The translations under genes and the position numbers were made by a program. The notes below the pieces were generated by a model. It made no database searches, was not told the origin of the DNA, and saw nothing but the letters and a program-made list of their open reading frames with translations. Shown here one piece after another: positions 47,809-60,977 of a stretch of 64,000 bases of DNA (the stretch's first letter is position 1; every line of letters starts with the position of its first letter). The stretch spans positions 28,269,648 to 28,333,647 of the forward strand of contig NC_092673.1 in the NCBI RefSeq assembly GCF_964355755.1. Reading direction: 5' to 3'. This DNA is from Antedon mediterranea. Taxonomy: Eukaryota; Animalia; Echinodermata.

Positions 47809-50800
47809 TCAATCCTTCTTTGCTCCTCCTAGTTTCATTGCACCCATTCCTTTCTTCGCTGCGCGTTTTTCCTTTATTTCCTTTTCTCGTTGTTGCCGTC
47901 GCTCCTCCCTTTTTCGTTTTGCTTCATCTGCTTTATTTGTTTCTGAAATATAAAATTAAATATTCAACATTTTGAAATAAAAAACATGAAAGAAAGCAAA
48001 TTGGTAGTTTCAATATAAAGTCTTTATAGTCTCCTGTTTTGTTTGTGTTTTATTAAGTGTTTACATAGTACAGAAAAAAATAAAATCTCTGTCAATATTT
48101 GAGGATATAGTAAAAGGCTATTGTATGAAAATACTAGTTAAACAAAATGGTACTACTACTAATAAACATATTCTATTATAATGTGTGTGTGTATATTACA
48201 AAGTGAATATCAACATCACAGGCACAGAATAAATTCTAAACCGCCCGGTGATATACTGAAATTTAATTATTTAATTTTAAACGATAAAAATGAGGAAATC
48301 TGCAAGAATGAGAAAAACTCGCTTCAACCAAGATTCGAACTCGAAACCTTCTGCTTAATATGCAGATTTCCTAACCATTAGACAACTAGGGCTTTCATGG
48401 TATTGTCCAAATTTGATTGGATGGCGTCTCTTTAACACTCTCGGCGTGGTACGGCAGAATGGAATTCTACGCACACGCCCCAGAAATCAAATTGATAAAT
48501 TGAATATACGGTAATTATGTTTAAGCTGCAGACAGACTTTCTGTTTCGATCTCATTAGTTTGCAGCTCAGGTTTCAAAATAATTATCACCCACCACATAA
48601 CTGGGTCAATATACTATAGCATGGGCCAGCTCGAAAGATGTACTAGGTTCTTTAAAGTGCACATGAGCCAGATGTGTACACTGGACCTCAGTTTATATCC
48701 TTATCTGAGAAGACTCGTTCTACTACCAGAACAATGGAGCGAGTGAGGTTTAAACCCTTGCCAATGTTAATCTGACAAGGTATTACGGTTCCACTGTCTT
48801 AACCCCTTGGCCACTCACCACTCATTGCATTGCAAATTATTTATTATAATGATTTATAATTATTTATATACTATCCATTGTAATAATATATTGATTTGAA
48901 ATACTGTATATTACAACATTGATGTTTACCTGTTTCATTTGATATTCCTGCATCAATTTCTCCCCAGGCTTCAGTTTCCTCACCCCACCCACTGTCACTC
49001 CCCCACTCATCTGGTACTGCCTTGGACACTTTACTGGTAGGCTTTGAATATGATGAGGCCTTGGCAGCTGGTTTGGTGGTTTTGGTCTTTGGCGTTGCTG
49101 GCTTTGACTGTTTCTTTACTCCAAGAGAGCTCAATTTATTCTGAAAGTAATGATAATGACATCCATTACTACACATAATTATTCATTCCATAATCAAGTC
49201 TAGTCTGGGTTCCAGACAGAGTTTTGTCTTAATAAAAAAATAAATATTTTGGCACATATGGCATTTCATACGTATACTACTTGAGCTTGTATTTTCAGAC
49301 AAAAATCGAAATAAAAACAAATAAATAAAAAAAAGTCAATGAATACAGACTTGGGGCAAGTTTGGTCAATATAAATTATGCTACAGTATTTCTGTTTTGA
49401 TCGAGAAACTTGACACTTTTTTCATTGATTTCAAGGAAAATTATATTTTATACATCTTTTGTTTTCTGTAATAAAATACTGCAAAAAAGCTCAATTATTC
49501 ATAAACTCTCACTATAAACAGGAATATTTGGAATTGGATACTGGTTATAATATAATTTGGTTGCAAATGATTATATATTTATGATATTATATTTGGAAAT
49601 AAATTGTTATAATGGTTTTAATTTGGAGGGATATTAAGATTAAGAACGGTCTTTAATTGGAGGGATATTTAGAATGGTCTTTAATTGGAGGGAGATGTGT
49701 ATAATAATTCTGCATAGAACTATATTATTATTGAGATTTTTTATTTGGAATAATATTGGTTTTAATATTCATCTTATATTCAAGATATTGCTGCTGCAAA
49801 GCAACCACAAGATTACAAGATTGCAAGATTGGATTGTAAATTATGCAGATGCAGTTTGTTATGTTATGTTGATCCGTAGCCATGGCTACTGGACTGTTTA
49901 ATTGTATACAATGTATTTAAAAATAGCAACAAATTATCTAGTAGTAGTATAAGAGCAAAAGAAATGTATAGTTTAAGACATGACAACAATAATGGCATGC
50001 TGTTATTGCAATTCAAGCTTATTATTGTCACACTATTGATTTTCAACAGTAATGCTCTCACTGGAAATTTAAGGGGGATTCCCCTTTTATTGTTCATATA
50101 CATACTGTGGGGTTATACAGTGTACCATAATTATAAAAAAAAAATAGAAATGACAGGCAAACAAATAACAATCGGTATGGTTGGTGTAAAGACATTCAAT
50201 GGTACTTAACAATTCCCATGGCAGCAACACACAACATGAACAAAAACACAACAAATGTCTAATTGTTGTAGGGGTCTACTGATTTCTGGAAAATGGGTGT
50301 TAGACTTGTTTGCATGTTGTTCTCAAATTTCAATATACCTCATTACTTTCTAATAATTGTGTTTTATATTCCATGTATGATAATGAAAACAGAGAGAAGA
50401 AAAGCTCCAACAACACTGACTAATTCACAATTTAAATGCATTGAACTCAGGTCTTCTAAAGTCTTATTTGGAGAGAGTGGCCACTGTTAAGTTCTTTCAA
50501 GCTTAGTAAAAGCTTAGTTGGTATTATGAACAAACTTTGGTTGTTATGTAACCAACTTAAGGGTCTTTCACACCTGTTCCGGCACGGTTTCGGAACAGGT
50601 GTGAAAGACCCTTTAACCAGGTAATTTACTAAGCCTGTATACACTTTGTTAACCATGACCAATAACCTGATTGAAATAAATTATAATTAATAAAAGATGC
50701 ACATATTTGATTAGTTTTCTCTAACCCCATAAAGTGTAAGTGATTTGATTCAAAAGCAGAAGATAAATATGAAAAAATGCATTGTTGATATAAATGGCCC

Positions 50801-53800
50801 GAAAAGTAAGAGAGAAAATATTTTAAACTTTTAGAATGAATGAAAAAAGTTTATGGATGTAAAATATGACGTAAATAAAAACGTTGAAAATTGTGCCTAA
50901 GATCATTGTGAAGTAAAAATAATAATTTCTTTTAAAAAGAAACGAAAAACATTGATAATATTAAATTTGTTTTAAACTCTGACATTAATATTATTCATTC
51001 TTCTTGATTTTAGAGAGATGTTGATATCCTTACTTCATCTGAATTTGCCCCTCCAATGGACAAGAAATCCTCATTGACCTCTGATTGACCCCAGTCATAT
51101 GCACTGGCTGGTGCTAAGTCTGAATCCACTTTCTTAAAGTCCAAATCCTCGGTCCAGCCTGGTGGGGGAGTCTAACATTAAAAAGATATTCTTAGAGGGA
51201 GACAGTTCAAATTAGGTTTGTTTTTTTAGCACATAGTTTGGGTTCTTTCCATGCGAATTATTACAGAATTTCAATGCATGCGGTATCAGACCTTGGTTAC
51301 ATTGCGGTTTATGCTAAGATTTTAAACCATGCTTTAATAATCTAATTAGTTTCAATCAAAAGGCTTATACAATTGGTCTGTTTTGTGGAGCTCTATCTCT
51401 TCAGACTCCTTGCTGTTTCTATACGAGCATTGCGACTGCAAGTACGTATTTAGACAGGCGAATACGCCTATTTGTTAAGTCTTAATTTAAATCCTACAAC
51501 ATGCATAATGTATGGTAAATGTTTAGTATGTTTATGAAAAGTGGTAGGTGAGTGGAAGGTGACTGAGATGGTGCACAGATACAAATACATTAAAATGTTA
51601 TTTTGCTTGCTCTATGAAGTCTATAATATATGAATGCATTAAAGCTTGGTTCCCACTTGGATGTAAGTAATTTGACAATAATCCTGACCAGATGGATTGT
51701 CCAAACTGTCACATGTGGTTGTCATCTCATTGCTTGCGTCTAAGTGGGAACAAGGCTTTATGTGTATAAACCACCTGTGCATCTTTTTCTTTTAAAAGTG
51801 TTTTTCCGGAACTAAATTGGCAGTTAACAAACAATTAGGTTTAATATTTATATAAGAAGTGTTAAAGTTCATTCTAAGTTATTGCATTAATTATTTCATG
51901 CATTTGTTGTTAATGAACTAAAGCTCTGTCTACACTATCAAACTAGCTTGACAAAAAAAAGTGTGATGTGGTCAAATACGGTAGTGATGTGCTCACATGG
52001 TAGTGATGACATCATCATGTCCATATATGGGTATATCACATTTTTTTTTCATATAAAGTTTGATAGTGTAGACAGTAAGCATACTGAAAGTGATCACCAA
52101 AGAGAATATAACAAATTTTTAGTCAAGCAATAAAAAATCATCAATTATTAGTCAATATTCAATCAATCAATCAATCAATATCTATCAATTGTATATTCAA
52201 ACGATGTATCAATTAAAAATATATCAATCAATAATCTATCAATAAATAATATAAAAACCATATATCAATTAGTAAGCTATAGTATAATTAAATTTTATTT
52301 GAATGAATGAATGCGCTGCTTGCACAGCATTTATTATCAAATATATAAAATTTGTAGTTTGTACACAACAAATTATTAAAAAAACACGATATTGAAAAAA
52401 CACATCAAAAGATGATATATCAATCAATAATCTATCAATCAATACCTATCAATCAATAACATATGAACTATTAACCTATCAATTTATCAATCAATAATAT
52501 TAAATTAATAATACTGTACATTACAAACTCCCAAACGCTGTAAATGTATATATTTATATTAGATGGGTACAGACATGAAGGCCGAAAAAAATTTAAAAAC
52601 TATCAATTAATATCTCAATCAATGTACTGTATCAAAAAATCTAAATAATCTATCAATCAATATATAAATAAATATAAAATCTAGGTAATCTAACCTTAGG
52701 TTTTGGTTCAATCGGTGCCCAATCATCATCATTACCCCATCCTCCTCCTCCTCCTCCTTCGCTTTCATCAAAATCAAACTTTCCTTTTGTAGTACTTGTC
52801 TCCATACTTCCCCAATCATTATCCTCACCCCATCCAAAATCATCCTTTTCAACTTTCTTCTTCTGTACAGATTTTTTATCTTTTGATTTCGTCATCTTTG
52901 TTGAGTTATTTAAAACATCACCCCATCCATCATCGTCATTATCCCAACCGGTGGTTTCGGAACTTGAAGGTCGACTCGTTATTTTCTTGGCGACATTTTG
53001 TGATTTTTCAGTTCGTTTACTACTGTTTGTTTGCTTTTGTTTTGATGATGATAATCCATCATCCTGCCAATCGCTAAAAAAGTTATCAGGTTGTTTGTTG
53101 CCGCTGTTAAGTTTAATGGGTTTAGTTGATTGTGTTGTTTCAATTGACCCCCATTCTTCATCATCATCATCATTGTTCCAATTGTCATTGTCATCTTCCC
53201 ATTGATTTGATAGATCAGGTTTGTTTTTATTACTTGACGTCTTCTGAAAACAAAGATTCTGTTGTAATTTTACCAATTTTCAATGACTTACAAATACTAA
53301 ATTGGTAACTACTGTACTTCTAATAAAAAATAGTATTTTCCTGTGTAAAATAGATTACTTTTAATTTATATACTTTTTTTTTTAAATGCCTAAATATTGG
53401 AGAATTTCCTAATTATCTAATAATATTACACAAAAAATCCTGTACACCACCACTTAAAAAAGACTAATTTCGTTCGTTCTAATTTACTGCTGATGAAAAA
53501 TATGTAGGGTTATTGCAGATCAATTATCAAACATAATTTTATATGCAAATGACAATAAATGGAAGTAACCTTCCACTGATGAATGAATGTTATTACAAAG
53601 GTTAATATTTTATAATTAATAACAATTTTAAATCTGGAACTACCCTTTAGTAATGTTCATTGACATTTGTTTTACCTCCTTATTACTCCATCCATCTTCC
53701 GATTGTTCTGTATCCTCTCTCTCATAATCTGATGCGGAATCTGCTGTTTCGTATTTATCTTCATCTTTAGTGGGTTTTTCTGACTTTACTGGTTCTTTAC

Positions 53801-56800
53801 CACCGTCAACCGTTTCTTTTTTCTTGACTGTTTAAAAGTAAGATTTTTAGATAATAATAAAGAAGAGCTTGAAATAATTGTTTGTCAATGGTGTATATTT
53901 TAATCATGAGCATTTCTTTAGTTGACCTCTTCAGTACAAGAGAGAGGATTGATGATCAGTGTCAGGAGAAGATCTCCAACTCATACCTCTCACATGCTAG
54001 TCTAATATCTCTTGAACTCTGTCTGCACTATCAAACTTGTATGATAGTGATATGCCCAAATGTGGTAGTGATATGACATCATTAGGTTCATATATGTCAA
54101 ATTTTTTTGTCACATAAACTAGGTCTCCCTATAAAACTAGTTTGACAAAAAAATGTGATGTGTCCATGTATGGACATGATGACATAATATCACTATCATA
54201 TTTGGGCACATCACACTTTTTTGTCAAACTAGTTTAATAGTGTGAACAGAGCTTTAACTGTAGCATGTATTCTACTTTCATTCTATACATAGTAGGGCTT
54301 TCTACATACCTTCTTTGTCTTGTATACGTTCCGCTTGAGCAGGTTGAGGGCCTCCTTTGTAGAACCTTGATGTGAGTGACGTGACCGCCCATCCTGCCCA
54401 TCCAGCTGCATTCTGCTGGCTGTTAGATGCACAGTTTACATCTGCCTCTGAAACAAAGTTTATCAAACAACAATCATCTAACTATAATTTAAGACAATTG
54501 ATTCCTGGTCTACTTGTTAAAGAAAGAAGTCATAATGCCAGATTTCCGAGTACATTTTTTTAAAAAGTAGATTAACTATATACTGTATGTAATTTGTATT
54601 TAGAATTGTCTACTTGTTAAAGAAAGAAAGAAGTCAGTAAATAAAAAATACCAGATTTCCGAGTACATTTTAAAAAGTAGATTAAGTGCAGTGTATAACT
54701 ATATACTGATTTAGAATTGTCCATCGTTTTGTACAATTTAATGTTTTTTTCTACAATAAATTCCTAAATAGTAATAGTAATTTTATAGTTCTTACCCATT
54801 TCTTCTAATTTTTCTGGATTTTCTGAAACATCTTCTAATTTTTTGACAAAATGTTTTATTACACGAAATGTCTAAAAAGAAAAATAATTAATTTAGTGCT
54901 CATTAGGTTTTTGAACACATTACATTTCCGGAGAAACATGAACATACATTTTACAAAAATAAAATATTTTGAAATATTTAAAATGACTTACTTGATCTCT
55001 AACATTTTTATCAGGATCAACGGTGAGAGCGCACATTGCCGGTAGAATTCTAAGTGACGTGTCTTTTAATGAGAAGAAATTGTGTGTGGCGTGCAACGCC
55101 ATGACACCAGCGATGCGCGAAGGCGGGAACGGATCCTTCATTGCCCTAGTGAAAGCTGATAGAAGTATTTTCTGTCTTGTCTGTAAAAAAATCAACATTT
55201 TCTAAAATGCTCTGTCTACACTATCAAACTAGTTTGACAAAAAAAGTGTGATGTGCCCAAATATGGTAGTGATATGACATCATCATGTCCATATATGGGC
55301 ACATCACATTTTTAAAATAAAGATAAAGACATAAAGAATGGCAATAAAAATGTCTGGGAAAAACTCCCAATAGGATGTATTAGTGTTTATGTTAATATTA
55401 TGATTTGAATACTTACTGCTGGGTTTAGATGACCAGCTATTTTGCCAAGGCAAACTGTTGTATTAGTTCGTATACCACCCTAAATGAAAACAGACAGACA
55501 ATTAATATTCAACTGATTGATTAATTAAATTATTGACATTTATTGATTAACTGATTGATTGATTGAATTAATTAGATTGGTTGATTAACGGATTGATTTA
55601 ATTACTGATGAGATTTATTGATTAACTGACTGGCTGATTGATTGATTGATTAACTGAGATTGGTTAATTAACTGATTAATTGATTGAATCACTAAGATTG
55701 ATAGATTGATTGATTAACTGATTTATTGATTAACTGAGATTTATTGAGAAACTGATTTATTGATTAATCGAGATTGGTTGATTAACTGAGATTTGATTAA
55801 CTGATTTATTGATTAATTGAGATTGGTTGCTCAACTGATTTATTGATTAACTGAGATTATTGATTAACTGATTTATTGATTAATTGAGATTGTTTGATTA
55901 ACTGATTTATTGATTAACCAAGATTGGTTGATTATCTGATTTATTGATTAACTGAGATTGGTTGATTATCTGATTTATTGATTAACTGAGATTGGTTGAT
56001 CATCTGATTTATTGATTAACTGAGATTGGTTGATTAACTGAGATTGGTTGATTATCTGATTTATTGATTAACTGAGATTGGTTGATCATCTGATTTATTG
56101 ATTAACTGAGATTGGTTGATTAACTGAGATTGGTTGATTATCTGATTTATTGATTAACTGAGATTGGTTGATTAAATGAGATTGGTTGATTATCTGATTT
56201 ATTGATTAATTGAGATTGGTTGATTAACTGAGATTGGTTGATTATCTGATTTATTGATTAATTGAGATTGGTTGACTAACTGATTAAGTAATGTAACTGA
56301 TTAAATAACTGATAGTTTTACTGTACTAACCTGAGGATCTTTAGATTGAAGTCGGGCAAAATGTTTCATCACCTCAACATTTAAATTATGATCATTCAAT
56401 TTTTCTGAAAGAAGTATCATTGCCTGAAAAAAAAAAAAAATAAAATACTTGAACTTTCTTACAATAATTTGCAAATAGCATACAAAAATGTATCAAAATT
56501 GACAGGAGTTATCAAGACAAGTTGTTTCCAAAAAGTGGGAATTTAAAATACTCAAGTAAACTTATCTTTAAGAGTTAAGACCTGTTATTTGTGTTTGCAA
56601 CATAACAGACCCTTAAGCTCTGTCTACTCTATCAAACTAGTTTAACAACAAAAATGTGATGTGCCCAAATATGGTAGTGATATGCCCAAATATGGTAGTG
56701 ATATGACAACATCATGTCCATTTATGGGCACATCACATTTTTTTCTCACATAAAGTTTGACAGTGAGGACAGAGCTTTAAGTAAATACTGTAAAGAAGTA

Positions 56801-59800
56801 CTTCTCCTACCTTGACAGTGCTCTCTCTGATTGCAGGGTTTGTGTCTGTGAACCCATGACAAATATGAGGGAACACCTGATCATTCACAACTGCCGATTG
56901 TAAATACTCAATGAAATCTTCGAGTTGTTGTAATAACTTGATACGAGTTGCTCTATCGGTCGATGTGAACATCTTGACAACACACGGTAATACTTTTGTC
57001 TGATATTCTGCTGTTTCTAAGAGTTTGCCAAGCTGAGGGAATCAAGTTTATTTACGATTAATATTCACAATAACATTCTCAAGTAAATTTAATTTGGACA
57101 ACGAACGGGTGCCAATTAATGGCAGCACTCGACACGAAGGGACCCTTAAGGGGAGTAGAAAGTTGTGGTATGTGCCAGATGAAGATTAGTTCGCACACGT
57201 ACATATCTATTACTGGTTTAATGTAAAGAATTGTATACAGATATTTCATATAAAACCAGATGAAAAAATGTTTTGAAGATGTATAAAGCATGTTGTTTAC
57301 CTTCAATAAAGGTGTGAGGACCGCTGAGCCAGCATTGCCAAATTCAAATGCCTGCAGAAGTAGTGGAAGGATCTTGAAGCGACAGAACTCTTCTGGAAAA
57401 TCATCAAGACTAGAACTTAAACCAGCTAGAAACTTATTCTTCTCTATTGCATCTTTTATCTGTATCAATCAATAATATATTTTGCTTATCATCAATTACA
57501 GAATAAGATCAAATAGATAAATAGATTCATGGTAGTGATATGACATCATCATGTCCATATATGGGCACATCACATTTTTTTGTCACATAAAGTTTGATAG
57601 TGTAGACACGGCTTTAAAATTTATTTTATTACAAATTTCCATTAAAAACCAAAAATAAAGGCCAAACATAAATTTAGTTGAGTATCAATGAAAAAAGTAA
57701 ATATATATTTTATAGGAACAATAAACCATTATGACTATTGTTGGATTAGATATTGTTTGTATTTATTTATTTATTGTAATTAATAATTTTTATTTGGCAA
57801 GTAATATACATGAGCCTGAACAGATTTTAAACTGGTCTTACTCCGCAGATTAAAATAGGAAAAATGAGTTACCTGTATCTCCTCTAAGAATAAGTTGGTT
57901 TTAACAAAGCTATTGTCCATAAATCCATTTGTTTCTAGACAGAATTGTAAGAATCTTGCTGGGTTAGGTCTGGATATTGGGTTAGCACCGACCAATTCAC
58001 AGTAATTACTAATTAGTGACTTAGGAATCTAGAAAAAAAAAACAAGTTAAGATTATGCAATTTGAATTTTAAAAAGTTTTAAAAAATATTACTAGGATAT
58101 ATTCAGAATTGTAAAAAGCTATCTTTGCACAGATTAGGCCTTGTCTACACTATCAAACTTTATGTGATGTGCCCATATATGGACATAATGATATCATATC
58201 ACTACCATAATTATTTAGGCACATCACACCTTTTTTTGTCAAACTAGTTTGATAGTGTAGACAGAGCTTTAGATTAGATTTTTGATTAGTCTTTTTTTTT
58301 AAATGAAAATGTTAACAAGATTACCTTGCCTAATGACTTAAGTGAGGATGTACGTGGAAGAGGTCCATTAAACACCTCCCACAGAAGACATCCTAACCCC
58401 CACATATCCGCTGACCTGCAATAAAAAAAAAATGGTTACAACATTTGAATCGTTATTTGTATAGGGAAAAAATGTTCTTTTCACTGTCTTTTTACTTTTT
58501 TGTATTTTTGTATGTAGCGAAAAAGTCAAATAAATAAACTTATAATCACCAAATATGTGTTTTCTTCCTCATTCGTCCACTATCAGACATCTCCGGTGGG
58601 TCATAGTTTTGTAGGCCTTGAATACCCTTGTTTGGGGGCGTGCTTCCTTCTCCCTCCGCAGCGCATATGTATGCTACTCCACCCAGCTTCCATTCACCAG
58701 CTTTGCTTACAAACACAGAGCCGATGTGTACATTGTTGTGTTTTAACTTACAATCATTCAGCAAAAATGCAAACGCTTTCTGCAAAAAAATATAAATTTA
58801 AATTAATTTAATATATTTAATATATAAACCTATAGCTTATAAGTTATATGGTTTCATTTTATCTGTTCATTTTTATTAAAATCACAATTGGCAGTGGCAA
58901 CAACTGAATCAAATGCCATGTGATGTTCAGAATAAACAAATTTAAAATTGGAATTTTAATATCAAAGGCTATTTAAGAGATATTTAAACATTTTAAAAAC
59001 AGATATAACCAATTCATTTTGGTGCGTACTATGTATTTCAAATTACACAACTTTTGACAAATTAAACTCATTTTAAAGTTTTAAGCTCTATCTACAGTAT
59101 CAAGTTAGTATGACAAAAAAAGTGTGATGTGACCAAATATGGTAGTGATGACATCATTGTGTCCATATATGGGCACATCACATTTTTTTTATCAAATAAA
59201 GTTTGATAGTGTAGACAGAGCTTAATATTGACGTCACTTACCGTTACTTGATGAAGACCCCAAGAAATGACCAACTCATTTGCTTTCTCTGCATTTTTTA
59301 AATACTTTTCTAGCGGGCAAACTGCTTCAGTCACTACATATATCATAGTTTCTGTCTAAAAAACATTTTAAAAAAGATATTGTTATAAAAAAAAAATTAT
59401 GTGGTAACGGACTATACCATTATCCGACGGGGTGAGATATGTTCTTCTTTTCGTAATGTATTCCTCTCTTAGGAGAGAGAGGCTAATGTTGGTATATCCA
59501 GGTAAGCTAGACACGAAATAGACTGCTGAATTATTCTTCCCCAACATTTTTTTAAAGGGTATTAACACTACAGAAAATAAACATTTCTCTGTAAGATTCC
59601 TGAAATAACAATGTAAATATATATTGCTGAATAAATGTGACTGAATTGAGAGTGTGTGGATCAAGATAAGTCAAACCATTTGAGTAATACTACTAAATTA
59701 GTTTATCTTCTTAATTAGGTTAATTACTTTATTTACCTCAAGACCATCAATGTACTGTAGAATGTTGGGATGCCTCAGTGTCTTGAGTCTCTTGTGTGCG

Positions 59801-60327
59801 TTCTTAGCAGTCTGGGTCTTAGCTTCACTTGTTTCTTTCATATCAAACACAAATACTGATACTTCCTCTCCATTTGACTTTATTTTAAAAATTAAATAAA
59901 AAGGTTTATTTTTATAAGTTAATTATTAATAATAATTAGCAAACAAATTTTCATTTTTCTTAAATACTTTAATAAATAAAATGTATCTATTATTTCACAA
60001 CAACAGTACTGTAATAATCAAACAAATAAAGCACCAAACTACTTATTTCGTGTTTGTTCCTAGGCTGAGTCAATCCATTTCAAACACGACATCCCTCCCC
60101 CTCGATTATGACATTCGAACCCGGGCGGGCAAAACGAAACGTGGTTGTCAACTGATGAATTCAAGGGCCTAGATATTTCATACACAAATTTACGTAAAAC
60201 AAATTGGTCTTACCTTACGTTTACCACTGTGCAGCGACCAAATAGATTTACTTTCGAGAGAATCTATACATTCACCAATTTCAAAAGCAAAATCCTTTGT
60301 AGGATCTCTTGAAAAAAAGGACCACAT
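47809..60327 (-). CDS. SCYL1: N-terminal kinase-like protein (SCYL1), ~18 exons
   Basis: Starts [18 protein letters not shown]. Contains [12 protein letters not shown]; pseudokinase HNNV…[14 protein letters not shown]; [14 protein letters not shown]; [15 protein letters not shown]; [14 protein letters not shown]; [12 protein letters not shown]; [12 protein letters not shown]. Ends [11 protein letters not shown]-stop. Confidence 0.95.
48320..48392 (-). mobile_element. tRNA-like SINE head / pseudo-tRNA
   Basis: Minus strand GCCCTAGTTGTCTAATGGTTAGG…TCTGC-ATATTAA-GCAGA…GAGTTCGAATC. The acceptor stem does not pair. Confidence 0.55.
50560..50612. mobile_element. 53-bp Harbinger-like mini-MITE (perfect hairpin)
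   Basis: TTA|AGGGTCTTTCACACCTGTTCCG-gcacggttt-CGGAACAGGTGTGAAAGACCCT|TTA. Confidence 0.75.
55510..56310. repeat. Complex intronic minisatellite built from GATTAACT / GAGATTGGTT / GATTTATT subunits
   Basis: A degenerate (GATT)n microsatellite grades into ~34-bp higher-order units. Confidence 0.9.
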
Positions 60328-60480
60328 TTCGTACCGTCGATTTGAAAAACTGGACACGTACGTCAGGTCATGACCTATGATGTAATAAAGTGTGTTGACC
60401 TTTTAATGATATGAAACAACATTGTACGTACTACTCTGTGTATAAACTGTTTTGATTTGGTTTTTTTTTTAGTATCGGAA
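60328..60480. promoter_or_regulatory. Bidirectional promoter SCYL1/VAMP4
   Basis: The genes are divergent, with ATGs ~650 bp apart. Contains ACGTACGT and the palindrome AGGTCATGACCT (~60365-60376). Confidence 0.5.
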
Positions 60481-60977
60481 ACATTAGCTTTTGTGAAAGA
60501 CCTTCTTTTATAAAGATAACAATATCATATATATTATGTAACCACTGTTTGAAGCATACGATTGGAAACAGACCGAATCTAAGGACCTCAAACCTAGGCA
60601 TAGGCTAGGCTAGCCGGAGCCCCTAACTAAGGCCATTGATTTCATTAGAATAGAATATACGGTACAGAGTAGTGGTGGAGATACAGAAGTAGCATAGATA
60701 TGTAGGCCTAGGGCAAACAGTGCAAGTTTTACAGTAGCTTACTGATAATACATGCACAAATGTAATGTAACTTGATGATTTAGAATCTTATTAAATCACA
60801 AATACAATAACAAATGAATAATTTTAAATACATAAAATAAAATAGGTTTTAATTTTATCTATTTTACTTTCAGAAATGATTCCAAGAAAGCTGATTAGAT
60901 GAATTTAAAGTTGTCTTAGTTTTATAATGTGAAGACATTTGGCAGTATATTTATTGACCCAAGAAACACCCCCAATA

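Noticed and set aside
48320-48392. Functional tRNA gene (also 18052-18135)
   Set aside because: The acceptor stem is unpaired and the anticodon loop is non-canonical. Better explained as SINE heads.
54509-54710. ~100-bp local tandem duplication in a SCYL1 intron
   Set aside because: Ordinary intronic duplication with no exon or structural feature.
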